From: Podarcis cretensis | Lineage: Eukaryota | Assembly (NCBI GenBank): GCA_951804945.1 | Contig: OX638163.1 | Coordinates: forward strand, 18,662,001-18,726,000 | DNA length: 64,000 nt | Direction of reading: 5' to 3' | In this document: positions 12,563 through 23,092 of the stretch, one piece after another | Layout: every line of letters starts with the position of its first letter | Position numbering within the stretch: the stretch's first letter is position 1 | Notes under the pieces: generated by a model | The model's database searches: none | The model's input: only the letters and a program-made list of their open reading frames with translations | Told to the model about the DNA's origin: nothing | Translations under genes and position numbers: made by a program

Positions 12563-12765
12563 GGAGAAGATGGCTGTCAATGGCTATGAGCCACAATGGC
12601 TCTGTTCTACCACCACAGTTAAGAGGCTGAAATACTTCTAAATACCAGTTGCTTGAAGCCACAGGAAGGGGTAGAAGCTCTTGTGCACAAATCCTGCTTT
12701 CTGGCTTCCCACGGGCATCTGGTTAGCCACTGTGAGAACAGGATGCTGGACTAGAAGGGCCTAGA
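12563..12765 (+). mobile_element. CR1 3' UTR fragment
   Basis: Same family as 13690-14195 and 34443-34980. Confidence 0.7.
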
Positions 12766-12779
12766 TCTGTCAGGAATCA

Positions 12780-13293
12780 CAAACCCTCCAAGTGTCCCTA
12801 TTTTTCAGGGACAGTCCTGGATTTACAGAAGCAGTCCCAGTTTCTGATCTGATCCCAGAATGTCCTGCTTTCCCATAAAGGTAAAGGTAAAGGGACCCCT
12901 GACCATTAGGTCCAGTCATGGCCGACTCTGGGGTTGCGGTGCTCATCTTGCTTTATTGGTCGAGGGAGCCGGCGTACAGCTTCCGGGTCATGTGGCCAGC
13001 ATGACTAAGCTGCTTCTGGCGAAGCAGAGCAGCGCACGGAAATGCCGTTTACCTTCCCGCCAGAGCGGTACCTATTTATCTACTTGCACTTTGACGTGCT
13101 TTTGAACTGCTAGGTAGGCAGGAGCAGGGACCGAGCAATGGGAGCTTGCCCTGCCACAGGGATTTGAACCGCCGACCTTCTGATCGGCAAGTAGGCACCA
13201 TTGCCATTCTAAGAGGTGTTCATGGTGAGTTCTAGCATGGTGAGTTCTAGCACTGGATGTCCCTATTTTCACCAGAGAAATGTTGGAGGGTAT
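12780..13293. mobile_element. Non-autonomous DNA transposon (MITE) containing a Sauria SINE
   Basis: Termini ACCCTCCAA...TTGGAGGGT with internal TGTCCCTATTTT repeats. Confidence 0.6.
12877..13191 (-). mobile_element. Sauria SINE, slightly 5'-truncated
   Basis: Reverse complement of the 2507-2854 family, with (AAAGGT)n tail. Confidence 0.9.
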
Positions 13294-13298
13294 AGAAA

Positions 13299-13434
13299 AA
13301 GGTTTCCTCAAACTTGGCCCTCCAGTTGTTTTTGGCCTACAACTCCCATGATCCCTAGCTAGCAGGACCATTGGTCAGGGATGATGGGAACTGTAGTCTC
13401 AAAACATCTGGAGGGCACAGTTTGAGGAAGCCTG
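13299..13434. mobile_element. hAT-type MITE
   Basis: TIRs AGGTTTCCTCAAAC / GTTTGAGGAAGCCT; 8-bp TSD GTATAGAA at 13290-13297 and 13435-13442. Confidence 0.8.
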
Positions 13435-13659
13435 GTATAGAATCATAGAACAATAGAGAGGTAGTGTTGGAAGGAGGCTGTTTCTCAGATAATCGGGACA
13501 TGTGTCATTTAGGGCTTTAAATGACCTCAAATTATGCCTGGAAACAAACTGGCAAGCAATGCAGCTGTTTTAAAAGCTGTAATCTGGCCGCTGCATTTTG
13601 TCCCAATTGCCATCTGCAAATTGTCTGGCCTAACTTTGAATCAACTTTCCCATAGACTG

Positions 13660-14195
13660 AAAGCATGACAGAAGTTCACAAAATGATGAATGCCATGGAG
13701 AAAGTGGATTGAGAAAAGCTCCCCCCCCCCTCTAATAGCACTAAAACTCGTGGAAATCCAAAGGAAGCAGAATGCTGAGATATTCAGGACAGATAAAATA
13801 AAGTCCTTCTTTGTTAAACTATGGAATTCTTTTCCACAGGAGTCAGTGATGGGCACTAACTTAGACAGCTTTGAATGAGGATAAGATAAATTCATGGAGT
13901 AGAGGGCTATCAATGGCTACTAGCCAGGATGGCTATGTTCTGCCTCCATGGTTCAAGCTAGTCATGCTTCTGAAACTGCAGGAGGGGAGAAGGCTCCGCT
14001 GCTTGTGGTTCCCCATTAATGCATCTGTGGCCACTAGACGGGTCACTGACCTGATTCAGCAGGCTCTTCTTATATTCTTATGGAACCTCCCAGTCCAGAG
14101 GCAGTCTATCTAGAGTCTTAGGTTCTCAGGGGCATTTGACCTCATCCCCTTTGGCCTGATCCAGCAGTCTCTTCAAATGTTCTCATGTTTTTATG
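13660..14195 (+). mobile_element. CR1 ORF2 end and 3' UTR with duplicated terminus (composite, copy 2)
   Basis: FRTDKIKSFFVKLWNSFPQ...NLDSF; terminus, GGAACCTCCCAGTCCAGAGGCAGTCTAT linker, second terminus. Confidence 0.8.
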
Positions 14196-15008
14196 TTTGG
14201 GTCATCGGCATATCAATAGCAAGGCAGTGCAACTCTTGTTGGCTTGCTGCACCCTCCAGATTTAGGGTGACTGCAACCTACCTCAGTGCTGCTGACACCT
14301 TATAGGGCCAAATCCTGCCACCTCCTCAGATGCCTTGAGGGAATGCTGTCCTCATCCCTTCCCTCAACCTCGCGAGCTTCGGCTGAGTGTCCCAGGGAAG
14401 AAAAGCATCAAATGGACCCTATGAAGCATTGTGGGGACCCACAAAGACAGGAGGCAGCCTCCTCCTGACCTGCAAAGAGGTATTAAGGCTAACCTCGAAA
14501 TCCGCCCCCAAACGCAGCCCAGAACTCCCACCAAATTGCTTTTTGCTCTGATGCAATATGATAATTCCTCTGGCAGATTCTGATTTCGACAAGCAAATCT
14601 TGTAGTTCAAACATGGGATTAACACAGAGTATATATATATATATATAATATTAAATATTATTATTACTTACAGTTAGGATTATGGAGTAAAGCCTTGAAA
14701 GTAGCCCTGGGCAAGCTGGTGCCCTCCAGATGTTGAGGACTACAACTCCCATTGGTCTCAGCCAGGCCAACACATCTGGGCAGACCACCAGGTTGGGGAA
14801 AACAGAACTTGGGCAGGACAAGGAATGCAAGAGATGAAGGATGGAAATGACTTGCTCAGAGCAAACTGGCACTGCCGGCTTTCATTGCATCACACACAGA
14901 GAGAGATTATTGCAGGGGGTTAGACTAGATGATCCTTAGGATCCCTTCCAACTCTATATTTCTATGAGACTATGATGGGCAGGGTGGGGGACCTTGTGGA
15001 TAGTGCCA

Positions 15009-15022
15009 CCACTAGGGGGCAC
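15009..15022 (+). promoter_or_regulatory. CTCF-consensus motif
   Basis: CCACTAGGGGGCAC fully matches the CCASYAGRKGGCRS core. Confidence 0.55.
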
Positions 15023-15644
15023 TGCTTGGTTGATGCTGTTCTGGGACAGGGGCTTCTTGGTGGTAGCTCTCTGTCTTTGTGGAAATCCCTCCCTTGCAAG
15101 ATGGGCTTGTCTCCATCCTTACTAACTTTCAGAAGAAATTTGAAAACGGTCATAGAACCATAGAACTGTAGAGCTGGAAGGAAGGTGGGGTCGCTTCCAG
15201 TGGGGGGCTCCTTTGCTAAGTCTCTGCTGCCCCCTGTTGCCCAGAGGTAAGACCACCTGCCCTCCCTCAACCCGCTAATTTATGGCAATTGAAAGCTGAC
15301 AGCTTTCCCGGCTTCCTCACTAAGACTATGGGATGTTAGGCCAAGACTTATCGATCAGGCAATATATCACCCCTGAGTGCTCCCTCCCAAGCTGACCCGG
15401 GGGCCTCTTAAAACAGGGTTCACCAAATTGTCAATTAAGTGCAAATCAATCCTTGGCTATTTATCAATGTGTTATTCTGTCTGCGCCATCCCAGGGTGGA
15501 GAAATCGATTTGCTTCCTGTCACTGGGGACCTATTGAGGGGAGCTGGAAGACTGACATATGCAGGGTCTGGGAAACGACTCAGACTGAGGATAATTGCTG
15601 CAGTGGGGAAGCAGCTTGGCCAGAGGACAGTTTGAGGTGGATGA

Positions 15645-16075
15645 GGCCTTGGGAAAGTTGGAAAACATTCAGAAAAGGGAAACAAAAATGATCCAGTTAA
15701 GCTGGATGTTGGAAGATTCTGGGCAGATAAAAGAAAATCCTTTGTGCAGTGCAGAGTTAAACTATAGAACTCACTCCTTCAGGGGGCAGGGGTGGCCACT
15801 AACAGGTGGCTTCAGAGAGGATTCTACCAATTCATGGCGGACAGGAGTATCAATGGCAAGCAGCCATGATGGCTATTCTCTGCCTCCAGAGTTGGAGGCA
15901 GCAATGCTTCTGAATACCAGTTGCTGGAAACTACAGAAGGGAAGAGGACTTTTGTGCTCAAACCCTGCTTGTGGTTTTCCCACTGGAGCATGTGGTTGGC
16001 CACTGTGAGAAGAGGATGCTGAACTAGATAGACCATTGGCCTGGTCCAGCAGGCTCTTATTATGTCCTCATGTAG
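15645..16075 (+). mobile_element. CR1 3' fragment
   Basis: KLENIQKRETKMI followed by the CR1 3' UTR family sequence. Confidence 0.75.
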
Positions 16076-16984
16076 ATCAGCTTGTGTGAAGTTGATCCTC
16101 TTCCAGCAAGGAAGAGGATCATGCCAAGCACCACTGATCCCATAGAACTGAATGGAAGCCACCTAAGGGCACAGTGCCCTGGGGTCTTGGCCTGGAAAGG
16201 TATCATCTTGGCCCATGAACAGGACAAAGAAGGTGGTGGATCCTCCTTCATTGGATGTTTTAAAGCAGTCATTGGCTGGTCATCTGCAAGGGATTCTTGT
16301 GTTGTGATACTTGCACTGCAGGGGTTGGGATAGATGACCCTTTGGGGTCCCTTCCAACTTTACAGTTCTGTGATTCTATGAAAATGCATCTCTAGCCATC
16401 AGCCTTAATTGCAAGAGCTGTACTCATCTTCCTGTTTTGCCTTGGAAATCAGGTTAAGTGTAATCTGTCCTAGATTCTCCCGCAGATGGTTCGTTTCTTA
16501 AATACTTGAGGAGAGTTAAGTTGATCCTTAATTCCTTAATCTGGGAAGCAAGACAAACAGATTTGGAGGGGGGGAGGCTTTTCCTTGTTGCAAATCTGGC
16601 AGGAATCACCCAAGGCTTCTTTGCTTTTAATTCCTAAGGAGTTAATTGGAAGCAAGTAACAGGATGGGGGAGGAGGCCGTGATTTTCCTTCCACGTTGGG
16701 GATGGTGGTTCTGTCTATTATAGTGGGTAACTTGATTTATATTTTGTATTTGAAATTGTTTGTTTTTATGCTTTTGTCATGGCCTTTGGCTAGCACAATA
16801 AACTTACTGATGATGAAACCTTGGGCATGGGGAAACCTCAATATTCCCTAGCCATTGCCTCATCAGTTCCCCAAGAGCTTCCATCCATCTCCACTGGGCT
16901 CCTGGGGAGCTGTGCAATATGGATGTTCTCCTTGGTTGCTCTCCATGGTAGCCATGATATTCAGGACAGATCATTTCTGCAGTC

Positions 16985-18057
16985 GATTAGGGTTTAGGCC
17001 CAGTTTTGGCACAGAAATTGCTTTGATCACCCTGTGTAATGACCTCTATCAGGAGAGATAGGGAAAATGTGTCCCTGTTAATTCACCATGACCTCACAGC
17101 AGCTTTTGATACCATCAACCTTGGGATCCTTCTGGAGCAGGTGTTAAGGGTGGATGGCACCGCTTTACGGTGGTTCCGGTCCTACTTGGATGGTTGTTTC
17201 CAGTGGGTGATCCTTGGGGAGTGTTCTTCAGCCCAGTGTAGCCTTCAATGTGGGATTCCTCAGGGTTAAATTTTATTCCCTATGCTGTTTAACATCTACA
17301 TGAAACCTCTCACTAGGATCATCTGGAGATTTGGAGTATGTTGTCAGCAATGCACACACCTCCTTTATCTGATGACCCACAACTCTACTTCTCTTTTGAG
17401 AAGTGTAGCAGTGGATTTGCTGGACCATTGTCTTGCCTTGGTAATGGACTGGATGAGAGCCAACAAACTGAAGCTTAATCCAGATAAGGCTGAGGCACTG
17501 TTTGCGGGTAGTTCACTAAACCGGATGGATGGGAGGTTGCCTGCTCTTGATGGGGTTATACTGCCTCTGAAGGAGGGCCATAGCTTATGAGTACTTCTGG
17601 ATCCATTGCTATCACTTGAGGCTTAGGTGGCCTCAGTAGCATGGAGTGCCTTCTGTCAACTTCAGCTGGTTGCCCAGCTGTGCCCCTATCTGGACAGGGA
17701 TAGCCCAAAGAGCCTTAAACAGCTCAGGACCACAATATCTCAAGGACCACCTCTCTCCACCCAGAGATCTCCACAAGAGATCTGTAGGGCGGCAACAAGA
17801 GAACGGGCCTTTTCTGCAATGGCTCCCTTTTTGTGAAATGTTCTCCCAAGGGAGGTTTGCCTGGCACCTTCATTATACACCCTTAGGCACCAGGCAAAAA
17901 CATTCCTTTTTAACCAGGCCTTTGGCTGATTGACATCCAATGCCCATTTAAATGTGTTGTGGGGGATATTTGTTCTTTTAATTGTTTTTATTATTATATT
18001 GTGTTGTGTTGTGAACCAAATGAAGGGCAGTATACAATTAAAATAAATAAATAAATA
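16985..18057 (+). mobile_element. Decayed L2 LINE (RT fragments to TAAA tail)
   Basis: GFRPSFGTEIAL, DLTAAFDTIN, GIPQG, MLFNIYMKPL, WMRANKLKLNPDK; (TAAA)n tail near 18040-18057. Confidence 0.88.
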
Positions 18058-18139
18058 CAGGAATCACAGCTACCTTTCTTCGCTTAGAGAGGAGGAAAGG
18101 GGACCTCAAAACTGGGAAGTGTCATTTTGCTATTTTTAA

Positions 18140-18222
18140 GCAATGCAGGAATCTTTCACCCAACATATAGCTTGAACCCATGACCTTAAGATTAAGAGTC
18201 TCATGCTCTACTGACTGAGCTA
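18140..18222 (-). pseudogene. tRNA-Lys(CTT)-derived SINE head or tRNA pseudogene joined to the start of a CR1-type tail
   Basis: Minus strand TAGCTCAGTCAGTAGAGCATGAGACTCTTAATCTTAAGGTCATGGGTTCAAGC...GTTGGG resembles vertebrate tRNA-Lys-CTT; the 5' acceptor strand is absent and CpGs are decayed; followed by AAGATTCCTGCATTGC. Confidence 0.8.
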
Positions 18223-18639
18223 TTGAGGATGACAGATCTGCTGGAAGAAGAAGAAGGCTTTGGAAAATAAACATGGATTCACCAAATCTGGAGCATATTT
18301 CAAGCGAACATTTCCATACATGGGCTGCTTCTTGTTTGCTCATACTGGAAAGTGATCCATAACTTACTTTCCATCAGGCAGCCTCCCTGGCCCATCACAG
18401 AGCTTCTCCGTGGGGGTGGGACTCTTCCGTGGGATGAATCATTCCCACCATGAATTGCAGCAGCAGAAGATGCTATTGTGGAAGGGTCTGTATGATGATC
18501 ACCTCACCGCTACTCCCAGCCCTGGCTTGGCCTTTTTAATATCGCAGAGAGGAAAAGTATACCTTGCCTCAGAAAGAAGGCTGGAAAAGGAAAGGGGATG
18601 GAGTGACTCTCCTCAGAGGAAAGGTTGCAGCATTTGGGT

Positions 18640-19310
18640 CTTCTTTAGTTTAAAGAAAGGTAAGAAACGGCGTGATGGAAGTTCATAAAATGATGCACGG
18701 CATGGAGAAATTGGATGGAGGAAACACTCTTGTAACACTAGCACTAAAAGAGGATTCTACCAATTCATGGAGGAGAGGACTATTAATGCCTACTAGCCAC
18801 AATGGCTATGCTCAGCCTCCACAGTTGGAGGCAGCAATGCTTCTGAACACCAAGTACTAGAAAGCACAGGAGGGGAGAGTGTTGCTCTTGTGCTCAAATC
18901 CTGCCTGCTGGATCAGGCCAGTGCCTTAGCTGCGCAGCATCTTGTTCTCACACTGGTTGAACAGTTGCCCATGGGAAATAAGGAAGCAGGATTTGAGCAC
19001 AAGAGCCCTCTCCCTTCCTGCAGTTTCCAGCAAGTGCTATTCAGAAGCACTGAATGGCTAGTAGACATTCATAGCCCTCTACTCTATGAATGTGCCTAAT
19101 ACTCTCTTAAAGCCTCTCAAGTTGGTGGCGATCACTGCCTCCTGTTGCAGTGAGTTCCCCAGGTTAACTACATACTGTGTGAAGAAGTACTTTCCTTAAT
19201 CTTCCAACTTTCAACTTTATTGGATGCCCAAGAGTTCTAATGTTATGAGAGAGGGAGAAAAACTTTTCTCTGTCCGCTTTCTCCAAGCCATGCATAATTT
19301 TGTAAGCTTC
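18640..19310. mobile_element. Two CR1 3' fragments joined tail-to-tail (+ to about 18905, then -)
   Basis: CTCTTGTGCTCAAATCCTGC on + is mirrored by GCAGGATTTGAGCACAAGAG near 18985. Confidence 0.75.
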
Positions 19311-20029
19311 TTTCACTCAACAGCAGGGGGCTTTTGAACCTTTCTGTGGATGCCCCCTCCCCGCTGCCATCCCCCTCCTGAAATGGCCTGGAGACTTGCA
19401 ATGCCTTCCTCTGAATCAGTCAAGAACTCCTTGACTGAAACTTCACTCCAAACATGCAAGCAAGAGACTGGAGCTCTCCTTAGCAAGGGCTTGATAGTGT
19501 TAGACAGATAATTATTGATCTGGCCAGAGTTTATCCCGGCTGCCTAATTTCAATAAATGGTTGTGCTGGGGAATTAGCAAGGGATCTTGGTTGCCCTATT
19601 TCTTGGGGATCTGTCACAAACGTGATTTATACATGCTACAAAAAATTCATACTTACTGGTTGGCTGGGCAACTTTAGTTGGCAGAAGGTGCTTAGAAATG
19701 TTTTAGCATGTAAATATTTCTTTCTGGCTCTTAACATGCTGAGCAATGCCTTGAATAATGCCAAAGGCTTCTCTGCAAAACACGATCACTGAATTTCAAT
19801 GTTGTCCCAGCTTTGTTTACACACACACGCACACACACGCTAAAGGAAGAGAAATTGCCAGGAAAGAAAATGAAGCATTTCCAGGTTCTCTTCCAGATGG
19901 GAAGTCTTCTACTGCGGTGACCAATGCCCCACTGAGAGAGGCCCAGAGGAAGCCACACCATGACTTTTGGCTATTTGAGTTGGGCTCTTCCTTCCAGCAG
20001 TTTGACTTGCCAGTAGTTATCAAGGAAAC

Positions 20030-20360
20030 AGAACAACAGAGTTGGAAGGGACTCCAAGGGTCATCTAGTTTGACCTCCTGCATTGCAGGAATCACAACTA
20101 AACCATCCCTGACAGGTGGTCATCCAACCTCTGCTTAAAAACCTCCAAGGAAGGAGAGTCCAGCTCCTTCTGAGGGCACCTATTCCATTGTCAAGCAATG
20201 GCTTCTCTTCTCCAGACTACACATGCCCAACTCCCTCAACAGTTCCTCACAAGGCTTGGTTGCCAGACCCTCCATCTTCTTGGTAACCCTCCTCTGCACA
20301 CCTTCCAACCTGTCAGTAGCCCTCTTAAAGTGTGGTGACCAAAAATGGGCACAAAACAGG
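20030..20360 (-). mobile_element. CR1 3' fragment
   Basis: FWSPHFKRATDRLEGVQRRVTKKMEGL...LRELGMCSLEKR. Confidence 0.8.
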
Positions 20361-22834
20361 ACATAGATTAGGAAGTCATAATAGGTGCCAATGTGTACTT
20401 TCCCTTCCCAGAGTGACGCTGGGCATCTCTCCAGAACATGGCTAGCACCCATCTTGGGACTTAATAATTCAGTATCACACAAGAGCGTTCATGGGAGAAA
20501 GAAATGCTCCATCAGCTCACAATAACAATGCAATAAGCATCAGGACACCCTTCTTGGTTAACACCTACAGGTGGATCTAGGCCATCCAAATGCCTGAAGA
20601 AGTCTCCAAGGAAGGTGGTCTGTATACAAAGTATGTCCAAATGTAGTAAAGGGCTTTGGACCTTACATAATAGATCCAGGCTCAAGGGGTAAGCCTCCCA
20701 TCATCTTTAGTTGCCCAAAAGCACTCGGTACCTTTCTGCAGATTTGTGTCTCTGCCTGGAGCAAGTCTGTTAAGTAGCCTCTGACAGCCCAAGACTCACC
20801 CTTGAGGGTGACCAAACCCACAGGTGAAACAGGATTCCGGGCTGGAGTGAAGACAAATGCACTTTGGGCTCACGCCTCTAGTACACTCCTTGTGGCATCC
20901 TGTGAATAAGTGGTGGTAGTGAGGCTAATGTTTGCAGGATCCTTCCTTGGAAAAGAGGTCAGCCTTTATTAGCACGATTCACTTGGGGCTATAAGAAACC
21001 TTTGCAGAGTCAGGACCACCCAGAGTGAACATTTTGAAGCTGCTTTTGGTTAACAAGACTCTCCTCTGTGATTTAATGGAAGGAGGGCAGCCCTGTTATT
21101 ACCATGCCCTATTTAAAGCTGTTAGCAACGTTTCTTTCTTTTTAATTCTTCTAAAACAGAAAAACACACAAAACCTGTAAAAGGAGTTAAAACCTGAAGA
21201 AAATCAGGGGGAGATGCAGGAACCCCATTGCTGGAAATCACGAGCAAATTATTTCCCAGATGAGAGGCCTTTTTGGCGCGGCGGAGATATTGCCCATTTT
21301 TCACAGCAGACAAAAACATTTTCCAGCGGATCAATTTAACGTCGCCAAGTCGGCTCTTTTCAACCCACAATCCATCATATTTCCCCTTCTGCAATCTGCC
21401 AGTGTCCAAGTGTTTTAAGTTTCGAATGAATTATTTGATCACGCAGAAGCAAGGGGTGCCTTTTCTCCCCACCGAAATTAGGACATTGCCAGCCTGCCCC
21501 ATTCGGGTCACAGGCCATTGGGGGGCTGCGTGGAAGAGTCCCCCACCCACCTAGGGCTTCTGTATTGGCAGCCCCGTTAGCTGGCTCATCTGTCAAAGAG
21601 ATCCGGCCATCAATCACGGGGCCGCCTGATCAATATGCAGCTTATGCATTCATCGCTCCTTCTGGGAGACTATTAGGATGAAGTTGTCAGTGGAGCAGGA
21701 GCAAAGGGGGGGGAGGGGAATGTGTGTCTGTGTCCACATGTATGTGTGTGAGAGAGTGGTCAGCAGCAGGAAGCATAAACCCAGTGGGAAGCCCAAAGTG
21801 AGCTGCTTTTTGAGCAAAAGAATTTTTTTGACAGATTTATTCGGAGGTTCCAGAATGCACTGCTGGAGGTGAATCATCCTTCAACAAGGCAGAACTGGGG
21901 GTTTTTTGGGGGGAAAGGGGGGGAGACCCCACCCTTGATTGGCCTGTCAAGGTGATTTGTGAGCTGCACCAGCTCAGGTAATGGGTGAATCCTAGAATAA
22001 TATAGTTGGAAGGGATCCCAAGGGTCACCTATTCCAACCTGCTGCAGTGCAAAAATCATAGCTAAAGATTACAAACCCACCAGTGCAAGGGCACCAGGGG
22101 GTGGGGTGGGGGTGGTATCCAAGGCAGATCAGAGCAAGGGGGCTTGCAAATGAAGGAATCCACCAGTGGAAGAGCGGGGGGCTAGGCTCAGATTCTTACT
22201 AGCACCTGACTCCTTCTTTTTAAACACCTTTTATGCTTTGATTTACCAGTGTTAATGAGGAATGGAGCAGGTGCATCCATCAGGATCAGGAGTAGCAGAG
22301 GCTGGCAGCTGCAAGACCTGTGGCTACATTTCTAGGGGAACTCAGAGCCTGGCGGGCTTGCTTCTCTCTGCCTCTTTTCAGTTCTGGGGGGCTGTCCTGA
22401 CCACCAGACCAGGTGATGCTCACAGTACCTTTCAGCTCACCTCACCTTTATGTCTAAAAGAGATGCAGCACTTGGTTTGTTTGTATTGTTTGTTTTTATA
22501 TCCCACCTTTTCTCCAGGGAGCTCAAGGTGGCATATATGCCTCTCTTACGCTCTTGTTTTCTCTTCACAACTGCCCTGTGAGGTAGGCTAGGCTGAGAGA
22601 CTGTGACTAGACCAAGGTTTCAGCCAGTGAGCTTCATGGATGACTGGGGATTCGAACCCTGGTGTCCCCAATTATTGGGACAGCATACTATGATGGTGAT
22701 GGTGATGACTGGGGCAGCTAGGAGAATACAATACATAACATCTAAACACAAAGCAAGTGTATTTGTTTTCTTTATCATATGCAAATGTATACAGATACAG
22801 TCAATTAATTGACTTAAGCTTAATCAATTGAGGC

Positions 22835-23092
22835 AGTGATGCCACCAACTCGGATAGTATTAAAAAAGAACTAGACAAATTCACAGAGAGGCTGTGCTCT
22901 GCCTCCCCAGCTGGAGGCAGCAGAGCTTCTGAATCCCTGTTGCTGGAAACCACATGAGAGGAGAGGGCTCTTGTGCTTGAACCCTACTTGTGGGTTTCCC
23001 TTTAGGGCATCCAGTTGGCCACTGAGAGGTCAAGACAACGGACTAGATGGGCTTCTGGCCTGATCCAGCAGGCTCTGCTTACATTCTTATGT
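22835..23092 (+). mobile_element. CR1 3' UTR fragment
   Basis: Family terminus GGCCTGATCCAGCAGGCTC...TTCTTATG. Confidence 0.72.

Noticed and set aside
18157-18222. Functional tRNA-Lys gene
   Set aside because: The acceptor stem is missing, the T-arm is mutated, and a retroposon-type tail follows
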